Of a stretch of DNA of 64,000 nucleotides, positions 40,016 to 52,197 are shown piece by piece. The position numbers were made by a program, and so were the translations under genes. The DNA comes from Piromyces finnis finn (Eukaryota; Fungi; Neocallimastigomycota). The notes beneath the pieces were generated by a model that saw only the letters and a list, made by a program, of their open reading frames with translations, did not search any database and had not been told where the DNA came from. Numbering within the stretch: position 1 is the first letter of the stretch; every line of letters begins with the position of its first letter. Location: positions 186,001 through 250,000 of the forward strand of contig MCFH01000023.1 of assembly GCA_002104945.1 (NCBI GenBank). Reading direction: 5' to 3'.

Positions 40016-41605
40016 ATGAATAACATCAGAAGACATAAAAATATGTTACCATACTTTATTTTAACTCCAAATAATTATGTTAATAGTACATCATGTAAAA
40101 AACTGAAAAGACTTCAATTTAATATAAATTTAATAAATCGTATTAAAAATGAAGTGAATCCGAATAAAAAATTTTTTTCGATTGATACAGAATCCTTTAT
40201 ACAAGAAATTTTAACAGAATTTGGTTGGAGTGTTTTTAATAATAATGGAACCGTCATTAAAGAACAACATTTTATTATAGATGAAACCTATGATTTACGA
40301 AATAACGATTATATTCCAGAAAATAAAAAAAAGTATTTATTTGGCAATTCTGAACGTAAACCTTTTCATGAAATTATAAAAATTTTACAAAATGAAATAG
40401 ATAATGTCGACTTTATAATTGGTCAGGGCATCCACAATGATATTAAATATTTACATGATAGTGGAATTGATTTCACTAACTTTACTTTTATAGATGGTGA
40501 TAGTTTCGATCCAAATGGAAAAGCAATTATTGAAATTAGTGATTTGTTTTCTGCTTATTCTCTTTCTTCACCAAAAAGTCTAGAATATGGATTAAATTAT
40601 TTTAAAATTAAATATAAAAATTTACATAATGCAGGTAATATATTAATTAATAAATAATAGATAACTATTTGATTTAATAACATATATTTAAAAAATAATA
40701 ATAATATCTTTGTATTTTTTAACTTATCATAATAATAATGGATTATTTATAAACAATATTTTATTCCTTTAGGTAACGATGCCCATTATACAATGATTTA
40801 TTTTTTAAATATAATTAATAATTATGATTTTGATTCTCCAAGATATCAAAGGTTATTAGAATTAAATGTTCCAAGTCATGTCTCACCATGTAAATAACAT
40901 TAAATTTTATAATTGTTAAAAATTAATTCTATATTAACCAAAAAAAAAAATATCATATATATACATATATTATTTTAAACACATTTAGTTAAATATAATA
41001 GATATCAAATTTTTACAAATAAGAATAATTATATTGACGGAATTAATTCAGATAATACTTCTCTTAATCAATTAATTGATTTTAATATCAATGATAAAAA
41101 TAAAATTGATAATAGTAGTATTGAAAATAGAAATTTTATGAATAACAATGCTGTTTTAAAAACAAATAATATTGATCAAGAAACAAATACCAATATTGAT
41201 CAAAAGACAAATACTAATGCTGTTTTAAAAACAAATAATATTGATCAAAAAACAAATACTAATGCTGTTTTAAAAACAAATAATATTGATCAAGGAACAA
41301 ATACCAATGTTGATTTAAAAACAAATACCAATGTTGATTTAAAAACAAATACCAATGTTGATCAAAAGAGAAATATCAATGTTGATTTAAAAACAAATAA
41401 TAAATTTTACAATTACAATAATAACCAAATTAATGATAATATTTTAAAATCTAATTATAATAGTTTAAATAAAAGTCACTCAGAAATAAATTTGATTACA
41501 ATTAATTTAAAAATAAATTTTAATTATCCAATTTTCTTTTTCTTTTTAATAATATATTCTATGATATTAATGATATTAATGATAATTCTAAATAAACATA
41601 TATGA
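40016..41605 (+). CDS. Gfd2/YDR514C-like DEDDh exonuclease with repeat linker and hydrophobic C-terminus (3 exons, predicted 450 aa)
   Basis: Exons 40016-40634, 40773-40889 and 40989-41605 (1353 nt, one frame). Motifs SIDTES..LTEFGW, EQHFII, LFGNSE, IIGQGIHNDIKYL; LHNAG|NDAHYT is restored only by splicing intron 1. The end of exon 3 is less certain. Confidence 0.75.
41140..41400 (+). repeat. Coding minisatellite (~24-bp units; TNTNVDLK / AVLKTNNIDQ)
   Basis: Repeated AAAACAAATA(C/A)(C/T)AAT...GAT units within exon 3 of the DEDDh gene. Confidence 0.8.
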
Positions 41606-43058
41606 ATTATCACTAATGCAAATAACTACTACTATTTTTTCTTTATATTTATTCAATAATGTTTTGAAAGAAAAAAAAAATATTTAATAATCAATAAAAG
41701 AAATTGAACATCTTAAGAATTATTAATAAATAAATTCAATCTTTTATTCAATTATAAAAATTTTAAAAAAAATATATATTCTAACTAAAATAAAAATTAA
41801 ATGCACATATTATAATGCTACTATCAACAAAAAAATAAAAAGTTAAAATAAAATCATAACCCAACTATCAATTAAAAAAAAAAAAAAAAAAACTAATACA
41901 TATGAAGACAAAAGGAATTTTTATAATATTTAAAATCATAATATACAACTCGAATGTAAAAACAAAATTGTTAAAATTTTTGATATACCATTTTTAGTCT
42001 TTTTATTTGTATCCATAAAAATATAACTTTAATAAATGAAAAACGTCTCACTTTATTATACTGTTAATTATGTAAATATAAATAAAGAAAAAATATTTAT
42101 AATATTTTTATATAATGAAAATGTAATGAATATTACATAAAAATTATTTTATATATACTTTTAAAAAGAAAGGTTTTTTTTTTTTTTTTAATAATAATTA
42201 AAGAATATAATAATTATTTAATTAAATCTTAAAAAACAAATAAGTTTTATTTTCAAACCATAACTATTTCAAATAAAAAAAATTCATAATTTTATTTATA
42301 GTTCAGAGGGTTTTTTTTCTTTTTATTATTATTTTTCATTATTATTATTATTATACTCTTTACCCTTTCATTCTTTTATAAAAAAAAAGCACGTTTAATG
42401 GGTAATAGAGGGTTATATTAAAATAAAAAGAGTAAATTAAAAAATAATAAATTTTCACAAATTTTTTTAATATATTAAAAAATTAATTAATTATTTTTAA
42501 AATTTAATTTATTGGTCAAAATATTAAAATAATTGAAACTGCCCAATAGATTTTTAATTTTATCTCTGCTTAATTGATTTATACAAAGATTAAATATTTA
42601 ATTATTCCAACATTTATTTTACCTTGTTTATATACATGTAATATTAGAAGAAAGAAATACAAACAAACAAACAAAAAAAAAAGGTAATAATAATAAAAGT
42701 AATTAATTTCATTAAAGGTTTTAATACTTTATTTTAATAAATACTATATAAAAGTATAACATTATATTAAAATAATAAAGTATATAGAAAAGGAATACAC
42801 ACACAATACAAAAAAAAAAAAAAAAAAGAAACTTTTATAAAAAAAGGTCTTTTTTCCTAAAAAAAAAAAAAAAAAAAAAAAGAAAACCTTTTACTTTAAA
42901 TATAATAATAATAATAATATATATATATATGAATAAATATTTATATTATATATTATATTTTAATGCCATATATACACAAATTTAATAATTAAAATAATTA
43001 ATAAAAAAAAAAATAAACAATTATAAAAAAGAAATAAAACATTGATAATATCAACAAA

Positions 43059-44036
43059 ATGGACACTTCTTCAAATAATGAAAGTAATGAAGAAATTAAT
43101 AACATAAACAACGTTAGTATTTATACGAGTCAACTCTCAATGGAATCAAAAACAGATGACAGTACAGATAAAAGTATTCGTAAAAGAATATTTGAAATTA
43201 TTGAGCCTTCGGTTAATAGTGACGTAGTAAGTTTAATCTATGATGTATCAATGATAATAGCTATTGTAATTAGTATAATACCACTTGCATTTAAAGAAGA
43301 GCATAAGTTATTTGACATTATAGATAAAGTAACAGTATCTATTTTTATTATTGATTATATTTTGAGATATATGACAGCAGATTATAAATTAAAAAATAAA
43401 TCATTCGTGTCTTTTATTAAATATCCATTTACATTGTGGGCAATAATTGATTTATTATCTATATTACCTTCATTCTTGTCAATGTTAAATGATGGATTCA
43501 AAGTTGTAAGAATTGTTAGAGTCATTAAACCTTTGAAGATTATTAGAATATTTAAAACATTTAGATATTCAAACAGTATATTAATTATTGCCGAAGTTAT
43601 TAAGCATTCAAAATATCCATTAATGGCTGTTGGCACTCTTTCCCTTTTGTATATATTAGTTTCATCATTGATAATATTTAATGTAGAAGGTGATTCATTT
43701 GAAACCTTCTTCGATGCAGTATATTGGGCTACAGTATCTCTAACTACTGTAGGTTATGGTGATATTTATCCTCATACACATGAAGGAAGAATAGTGGCAA
43801 TGTTTTCATCTCTTTTTGGAATTGCTTTAATTGCCTTACCATCTGGTATTATTACTGCAGGATATATGGATTCAATTAATGAAAGGAATGAAAAAAGAAA
43901 ATTAAAAAGAGAGAAAAAAAAACAAGTTATAAGAGCAGCAAGTGAAGAAATGCTTATTAATGATTCAATTTATTCAGAAACAATTGTTGCTGATAAAGAT
44001 ATTACCAGTAGTTATAATATAAATACACTTCAATAA
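43059..44036 (+). CDS. 6TM voltage-gated K+ channel, prokaryotic type (325 aa)
   Basis: Selectivity filter AVYWATVSLTTVGYGDIYP; S4 with eight basic residues at every third position (KVVRIVRVIKPLKIIRIFKTFR); S6 IALPSGII; intronless. Confidence 0.92.
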   Translation: MDTSSNNESNEEINNINNVSIYTSQLSMESKTDDSTDKSIRKRIFEIIEPSVNSDVVSLIYDVSMIIAIVISIIPLAFKEEHKLFDIIDKVTVSIFIIDYILRYMTADYKLKNKSFVSFIKYPFTLWAIIDLLSILPSFLSMLNDGFKVVRIVRVIKPLKIIRIFKTFRYSNSILIIAEVIKHSKYPLMAVGTLSLLYILVSSLIIFNVEGDSFETFFDAVYWATVSLTTVGYGDIYPHTHEGRIVAMFSSLFGIALIALPSGIITAGYMDSINERNEKRKLKREKKKQVIRAASEEMLINDSIYSETIVADKDITSSYNINTLQ

Positions 44037-45359
44037 AACAAACAAACAAACAAAAAAACACTAATTAAATATATTATAAAAAAAAGAAGAAATTTATTAA
44101 ATTATTTTTTATTTAACGCAATCATAAATTATTCATAATTATCTCAAGACTTGATTGGAATATATAATCTTTATTTAAGCCTACATTGTAATAGCATTAA
44201 TATTATAAAAAAAAAAAAACAGTGATAATATTCGTCGTCGTTCACAGTATGATATATAAAGTATCTAAATGATTTAATAGTATATCATAATGAAAAATAA
44301 ATATAAATATATAGAAAAAAAAAATCTATTATATCAAGAAAAGAAAAAGAAATAGATTCTTAATTAGAAATGAATTTAATGGAGGGAAAGCATTCCAGTT
44401 TTTTTTTTTTTTTTTTACCCAACATGTACTTTTTTTTTTTTTAAAAAAAAAAAATTAAAAATATATATAATTTATAGTGTATATATCATCCAGGAATACA
44501 AATATATTAAAATATTTTTTAAAAAAAAATTAATAAAACAACTGCATATTATATAAAAGTTTTATTGTTTTTTGTTCTATTAGAGTAATATGAAATTGTA
44601 TTTATTTATTATTTTATTTTTGTTAAGTAAAAAAATGTGTTTTTATTTTTAAAAATGATATTCATAATGAAAAGAAACAACAAATAATTATCAATCAAAT
44701 TATTATTATTTTTTTAGTATTAAAAGATTCTATTAAAAAGAATCATATCAATGTTAAGTTGATACAAATAAAAAAATAATAATTATTATCTATTTTATTA
44801 ACCATTATCATAAATTCACGTGATAAAATACTGACACGGCTTAGTTTTATTTTTTTTTATAAACTTTATTGTGTTTCCATATTTATTTCTTTTCTTATAT
44901 TTTACCTAGCTTTACTAAAACAAGAAAACCTTTTTAATACTAAATAAGCCAACTTTAGATTATTTATATGAATGAAGTTTATTCAATAATTCATTGTTCA
45001 TTTATAATATTAGGATTCTATGGATCATACATTTTCTTTTTTTTTTTTTTACATTATATAGTGTTATAATTAACATTATCCTTCATTTATTTATTCATTA
45101 TTTACATTGTAGAAATGTAAATTTAACGTACTAAAGTTGTCAATTATTTTATTTTTAATGGCAGAAAAGTATGTATTTTTTTAATATACTAAATTAAACT
45201 ATTAACTTTTTATATAATTTTAGAATTAGAAAATATTGTACCTGACAAAAGCGTAGAAAATCATTGTTGTTTTCAATAATAATAATTGCTATTATTTTCT
45301 TTCTTTTTTGAAAAAAAAAACAATTATTTTAAAGAGTTTATTTAAAAAAACAGAAAAAC

Positions 45360-45544
<185 letters not shown>

Positions 45545-46007
45545 AAAATGTATTAATAATAATAATAAATTATATAGAATAATAATTAAAATAATAATTA
45601 AATATTAAAAATTTATTAATTGTTATTGACCGTCAATTTAATTAAATTTTTTTTTTTTTATAATTACAAATTAAAAGCCTGCCGTTAATTGAAATTAATT
45701 ATTAATTAAAGTTTAAGAAAAAATTAAGAGCTACTTCTTAAAAAGGAAATTTTAAAAGTTTATTATATTAATAATTTATACATTTTTTCTCTGTATTATT
45801 ATTCTATTATTATTATTATATATAATGCTTTTTTTTCCAGTTAAAAATGATCAATGACAAAAAAAATAAAAAAAAAAAAAAGAATATTAAACTAATTAAA
45901 TTTTAATATATATTTTTTAATGAATATTAAAAATATTTATATTAAATGATTATTTTAAAAATTATATCATATATTACTATATAACTTTATATTATTACAA
46001 GTAAAAA

Positions 46008-46046
<39 letters not shown>

Positions 46047-46183
46047 CCTTTTAGCTTCAAATATCAATGAAGAATATAAAAAAAAAAAAAAAGTATTAAA
46101 AATAAATAATAAATAAAAATATAAATATATATTCCATTGTAAAGTCAAAATTAAATACATAAATAGTATATAATCCTTTGAAA

Positions 46184-47056
46184 ATGAAATTTCAAAATAT
46201 CTTAACCTTGTTTTTTTTAACTAAAGTTTTTGCTAATAACATTCCTGGTCATTTAGAAAGAAGAGATGAACTTAATGAATCGGATATTGGTATGGTTACA
46301 GTATGTGACCAAGATGATAACTGTCAATATCTTTATGAAGATCCTACAAATATAAATAATAAAGAATGTTCAATAGCAGTATATACTGAATGTAATGTCA
46401 CAACTTTCTTTAATATCAATACGATCGATGATATTTGTATGAATTATGATCCAGTGAGATGTCAAAATTTATTAAATAATGAATTTTCAAGTATACCTGC
46501 TTGTACAAATAAAAATCAAATCTATCTTCAAAAATTAAGAGCTCAAATTGAAGAATCTCACACTGATTTACAAATATTTTGTTCAAAAGATGCTGGAGGT
46601 AATTTATGTCCATATACACTCATGACTCTTACTGAATTCCCAGATTATCTTATTGATATAAATGTTATAACTAGTGAAAACTTGGTTATGGAATCATGTA
46701 AGGCAAAAGGATGCTCGGAAACTCTTCCAAAGATAATTGAATGGGTTTCAAAAAAAAATATTGATAATACATTAAATTATAATAATCTTTACAAACAAAT
46801 GACAAACTATATAAATTCAGATAAATGTACTTCCATTGCTCAAGTTAAACCTTTCACTGGTAGTGCTACAGCCAATAGTAATACTCAAGGTAGAAAAAAG
46901 TCTAATACTATTATTAGTAATAATAATGAAAATTCAGATTCTACCCTTAATAATTCTAATATTCAAGATGAAAGTGGTGCTATTACCACTACTAATTCTA
47001 TATATAGCATAATACTCCTAAACTTTTTATTTTTATTATTCACTTTAATGAACTAA
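46184..47056 (+). CDS. Secreted Cys-rich, probably GPI-anchored protein (290 aa)
   Basis: The first ATG is at 46184 (the ORF track start is a TTG). Signal peptide, LERRD dibasic site, about 12 Cys (..FCSKDAGGNLCP..SCKAKGC..), S/N/T-rich stalk, ESGA and a hydrophobic C-terminus. Confidence 0.8.
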   Translation: MKFQNILTLFFLTKVFANNIPGHLERRDELNESDIGMVTVCDQDDNCQYLYEDPTNINNKECSIAVYTECNVTTFFNINTIDDICMNYDPVRCQNLLNNEFSSIPACTNKNQIYLQKLRAQIEESHTDLQIFCSKDAGGNLCPYTLMTLTEFPDYLIDINVITSENLVMESCKAKGCSETLPKIIEWVSKKNIDNTLNYNNLYKQMTNYINSDKCTSIAQVKPFTGSATANSNTQGRKKSNTIISNNNENSDSTLNNSNIQDESGAITTTNSIYSIILLNFLFLLFTLMN

Positions 47057-48039
47057 AAATGTTATGTAAATATAAAATATGTATATAAAAAAAATTATCA
47101 AAAAAAAAAACTTTTTATATATAATAAAATTTTCTTTGTTACAATAATTATTATGAATTTAATGATACTATTATTATTATTATTACACTATTTATATAAA
47201 CATTTTATTATTATCAGCCATAATCAACTCCTCCTAAACATATATACCAATTTCTTTATCAAAGTTTTTAAATTTCCATAGTATTTTATAATGACTATAC
47301 ATATAGATTTAGACTTTAAAAGTTGGGATGTAGCATATTGCGATAAAAGATCTAACACTTCTTTAAAAAACCCAAAAGCTAACTTAAAAATTCTTATATT
47401 CTATTTATTTTACTTGTATTAATAAAATAAATGGTATATATAATCATTTTTTTCCTAAACACTTAATACTTGATATACTTTTTAAATTTAAATATTGGTT
47501 TTAATTTTTATTTATTACTTTATTTTTAAATTTTTTATTATATTACAATTTTTTTTTAATAATAAAATACTTTTTTTTTTTTATTTTATTTAGGGTTTTT
47601 TTTATGTTTTATTATATTTTTAATTAAGTAGTAAATGTAGTTGATTTTGGTTTTTTTTTTCTGTTTATAAATACTTTATTTTTAAAAATAATAAAGTTTT
47701 TAATTAAATATTAGGGTGTTTTATTGTGTGTTAATAATTTAGTTAGGAGAATCTATAAATAATTTTCTTTAATAATTATTTAATTATTCATTTTTTTAAA
47801 ATTACAACGGAATAATAAATAAAAATATTAAAGAAATAAAAGAATAAATATTTTATTCCTTTTTAGAATAAATAAATATTTATATATATATATAATTATA
47901 TATATTTATATTATAATAACTTTATAATATTTTTATTATTATAATTTATACTTATTTACTCATCTCTATTTTTTCTATACATTTTTCTTATATACAATAA
48001 AAATAGGGAATTTTTTTATTTTCCTTGAAAAAAAATAAT

Positions 48040-49398
48040 TTAGTTTTCATCAGAACTATCAACTTCGTCTTCAAGAGGAACATCACCAACATTGATAACA
48101 TCTTCATCATCAGAAATAGTTAATTCATTGTCATCAGTGGAATTTGGAGCTTCAGTATCATCTTCAGCAGGTAAAGTTTCATTTTCATCAATAGTAGATG
48201 GAACTTCATCTTCAATATCAACAACATCAGCACCAAGAGATGGAGCTTCAACTTCAGTTTCAGATCCAGCAGTGTTGTCATCATCGATTTCTGGAACATT
48301 GTCACCAGTAGATGGAGCTTCAGCTTCAGTTTCAGATCCAGCAGTGTTGTCATCCTTGTTTTCTGGAACATTGTCACTAGTAGAAGAAACTTCATCATCA
48401 ATTTCTGGAACATTGTCACCAGTAGATGGAGCTTCAGCTTCAGTTTCAGATCCAGCAGTGTTGTCATCCTTGTTTTCTGGAACATTGTCACCAGTAGATG
48501 AAACTTCATCATCGATTTCTGGAACACTGTCACCAGCAGATGGAACTTCTGGAACTTCATCATCAGATCCAGCAGTGTTGTCATCATTGTTTTCTGAAAC
48601 ATCATCACCAGCAGATGGAACTTCTGGAACTTCATCATCAGAACCAGCAGTGTTGTCATCATTGTTTTCTGAAGTAATATCATCAGCAGATGGAACTTCT
48701 GGAGCTTCAGTTTCTTCAGCTTCAACTTCAGATTCAACACTTTCATTAGCTGGAGCTTCATTGCTGTCTTCAGTTGATGGAATCTTTGGAGCTCTAACTA
48801 CACAAACTCTCTTCTTCTTTGGAACTTCAACTTCATCGTTAGATGGAGTAGATGAAACATCTTCACTTTCATTTGGAGTTTCACCAAAAACTTCATCAGA
48901 TGGTTCAACTTCAGCATCAGATTCAACATTACCTTCTTGAGATGGAACATTTGAAACATCATCAGTAGTTGGTTCATTTGGAGCTTCATTATCAGATGGA
49001 ACTTCATCACTAGTTGGTTCAACTGGAGCTTCATTTTCTGGAGTGTTGTTTTCATCATCCTTTATTTCATCATCAATTTCATCCTTAATTTCATCACCTT
49101 CATCAGATGGTTCTTTGTCTTCATCATCTTCTTCACCAGATTGGTTTTCAGTAACATCATCATTAGCTGGAACTTCTAGTTCAGTTTCAGTTTCTGGTTC
49201 AACTGGAGCTACAGATGGAAGTTGTTCAATATCAGAATCAATATCATTATCAAGCTTTGGAAGATCAGCAATTGAAACATCAGCAGTTTCATCTGAAGAT
49301 AAAGCATCAACTTCGTTGCCATTTGGGATTGGAGAAGCCATAGTAGTCATGGCACAAGCAATAAAAGCAAGAACAATACTTAAATTTTTAATTTGCAT
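48040..49398 (-). CDS. Secreted highly acidic D/E/P/S/T-rich repeat protein (452 aa)
   Basis: Signal peptide plus ASPIP, internal repeats (DDNTAGS..E..PS.GD.VPE) and one basic island KKKRVCVVR. Confidence 0.8.
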   Translation of the reverse strand: MQIKNLSIVLAFIACAMTTMASPIPNGNEVDALSSDETADVSIADLPKLDNDIDSDIEQLPSVAPVEPETETELEVPANDDVTENQSGEEDDEDKEPSDEGDEIKDEIDDEIKDDENNTPENEAPVEPTSDEVPSDNEAPNEPTTDDVSNVPSQEGNVESDAEVEPSDEVFGETPNESEDVSSTPSNDEVEVPKKKRVCVVRAPKIPSTEDSNEAPANESVESEVEAEETEAPEVPSADDITSENNDDNTAGSDDEVPEVPSAGDDVSENNDDNTAGSDDEVPEVPSAGDSVPEIDDEVSSTGDNVPENKDDNTAGSETEAEAPSTGDNVPEIDDEVSSTSDNVPENKDDNTAGSETEAEAPSTGDNVPEIDDDNTAGSETEVEAPSLGADVVDIEDEVPSTIDENETLPAEDDTEAPNSTDDNELTISDDEDVINVGDVPLEDEVDSSDEN

Positions 49399-50545
49399 TT
49401 TGAATTATATATATGTGTTTTATTTTACAATTTAAGGTGTTAAAAGTATTTTATTATTTTATTTTACAAGTTATTTTTTATTTATTTTTTTCTTTCACAA
49501 TTTAATTTATATAATTGTACTAGAAATTAATTATAATATTATTAAAATAAATAAATGAAGAATTTTACTCTTTATATATTTTTTTTCAAAATTTTTACAG
49601 AATAATAAAAAAAATGTGTTGATATTTTTATTATTAATTAAAATTTAAATTTTTAATTTTAATATTTATTAAATTAAAATGATTAAATAAATTATCAAAT
49701 ATTAAAAATAATTAATGATAAATATCCTTTAAAATTTTTATTTTATTTTAAATATTAAAAACTTTTATTAATGTTCTATCATTCATTTTTACAAATACTA
49801 TTTAATAAAGTTTAGGTTCTAGATGTCTTAAAAAAATTTTTTTAGTTTTCTTTTTCCTATATAAAATGAATGTATTACAACAAATATAATAAATATAATA
49901 AATATATAGAATCATAAATTAAAATGAATATAAAAGTTACACTAAACTATAATGTAATTTATTGTATTTAGCACATACAAAAATGTATAAAAATATATAT
50001 TAGATAAAATGATTATATATTATATATAATAAATTAAATTTTATGATTTAATATATTACATTACATTATATTATATAGTAGAATGACATTTTAAATTATT
50101 TTTTTTTTTAAAAATCTAATAAAAAAATTGAACAAATAAAATTAATTATAAATAACAAAAAAGGCCATAAGAAAAAAAAGGCTTCAAATACAAATTCTTC
50201 CTTCCTATTATTCTTTATTTTACAATTATATTTATAATTATTGAGGAAAAAGAATATCAACGGCCATGTTTCATTTATTATTCTAAAAGAATGGCTATTG
50301 AAATATTTTTTATTTAATTCTTAATTGTTATTTAAAAGATGATACAAATTAATATTTTATTTTTTAATGCTATCTATTTTCAAGCGTAAATTTGTCTTGT
50401 ATTCAAAACAATGTTAGTTACGCTAAATAAAAAGATTTTCAAACTAAACTTCTTTATTATACCATAATTTAATTAATAATACTTTTTTCTTATTTTACTC
50501 AGGATAACTTATTTTTTGTTATCTTGAGTAAAATATGTAGATTTA

Positions 50546-50554
50546 TATAATAAG

Positions 50555-50629
<75 letters not shown>

Positions 50630-51115
50630 TTCCGAGTGCATTTCTCCCATCGATCAGAGTTAGCTCCAATGGTGGTTCTTAGAGAAACGTTGGCTCATTC
50701 CTATTGCTAGGTGGTTGTGACCCTCCTGGTCTGTCATACTGTTTCTTCAGCTTCGACGCTCACTTAATCCATGTACATTAGATGCATGTCGTTGTACGAT
50801 ATTTCACAACTACAATGCTAAGCCTCTTATAGTCAATTTGATCACGTGTCAACCGCCCCCTAATGTTTACACTTAAATTGATTAAGGAATATTATGTGTT
50901 TTTGGCATAGCCTAAGTCACCACTTATTAAGTTCTAATTTGGAATGTACCATGTACACTAGACCCTCTCAGGCCGGCTAGACGAGTGTTATTATCATAGT
51001 AGTAAATTAGAAAGTTCATTTATACTTACCTGAATATCATAACCCAACCCATGGCAAACCCAGTGGGAAAATCCACAGGCACTGACATCTGCGGGGTCGA
51101 ACTATAATAAGAAAA
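50546..51115 (-). mobile_element. Non-coding poly(A) retroposon (SINE-like or 5'-truncated LINE 3' end) with 13-bp TSD
   Basis: TATAATAAGAAAA at both 50546-50558 and 51103-51115; 68 T at 50559-50626 (poly-A on the - strand); 476-bp body 50627-51102 of roughly 40% GC with no ORF. Confidence 0.9.
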
Positions 51116-51997
51116 GTAATTCAACCATTTCTTAATACAAATGTTCTTTTTTTTTAACTTTTAAAATTTCCTTTACTTTTAAAAGTAAGCCATTGGACAA
51201 TTAATAAATTAAATTAATTTATTTAATCATTTAGTTATAAAATTACAATGAATAAACAAAAAAAAAATCATGTACCTTAATCATTATCTACTTGCATGCC
51301 TAAAAATTAATTTTAATCCTTACTCATAATATAGTATGATTACTTTATTTTTTATAACATAATCATCATTAATATTTTTTAAATATCTTTTTCCATACTC
51401 TTTTTTTAAAGGTATATTCTTAAAATTATGTTTTATTTTCTTATTTTTTTTTATCTTATAATCGGTGTAACATTTAAAAGTATGTCTAGATTAATAAAAA
51501 AAAATTAATTATATTGAACTATTAATTTAAAATTAATTAATTTCAATATTAATCTATTATTAAGGAATTTTTATTAGTAAATGTTAAAAAATCTTTTTTT
51601 TTTTTGGTAAAGAAATTCAAAGATTAATATAAAATATGATGAATAAACTAAATTAATTAAATAAAGTTTAAAATTTATTAAATACTAAAACACATAAATT
51701 ATAGTATAATGTAATATATAATATTTTAATTAATAAATGAATGCCTCATCATTTTACAAAATACAAGATATTATAAATTAAAATTATTTAACAATTATTA
51801 TTTATATTATTTATATTATTTCATATTATTTCATATTGTATAAAAATAAATATTATTACAAGTCACTTACATTTAACCAATAATTTGTATTACATTATTA
51901 TACATTTATGAATTAATTTTTTTACAACTTAATTAGGATAAATTGAATATAAGAAGTAAAAATCAATAAACTTGATTATTATTAATACATTTTTAAG

Positions 51998-52197
<200 letters not shown>

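Noticed and set aside
47215-47480. Possible decayed LINE endonuclease relic on the - strand (FIAICYIP..LIMAD)
   Set aside because: Many stops and only vague resemblance; cannot be supported without a search.
48092-49435. Long Ser-rich antisense ORFs (282 and 130 aa) and alternative-frame K/L/M-rich ORFs
   Set aside because: Shadow ORFs caused by biased codons and repeats of the acidic protein gene.
51022-51100. ATACTTACCTG on the + strand resembling the U1 snRNA 5' end
   Set aside because: The U1 loop I (GATCACGAAG), loop II (ATTGCACT) and Sm site do not follow; it is simply the reverse complement of a 5' splice site inside the retroposon.
50627-51102. Hammerhead, HDV-like ribozyme, group I/II intron, SRP or telomerase RNA in the GC-rich segment
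   Set aside because: Only isolated partial motifs (CTGAAGA, GGCCGGC, CCCTAA) without the required pairings in the right order.
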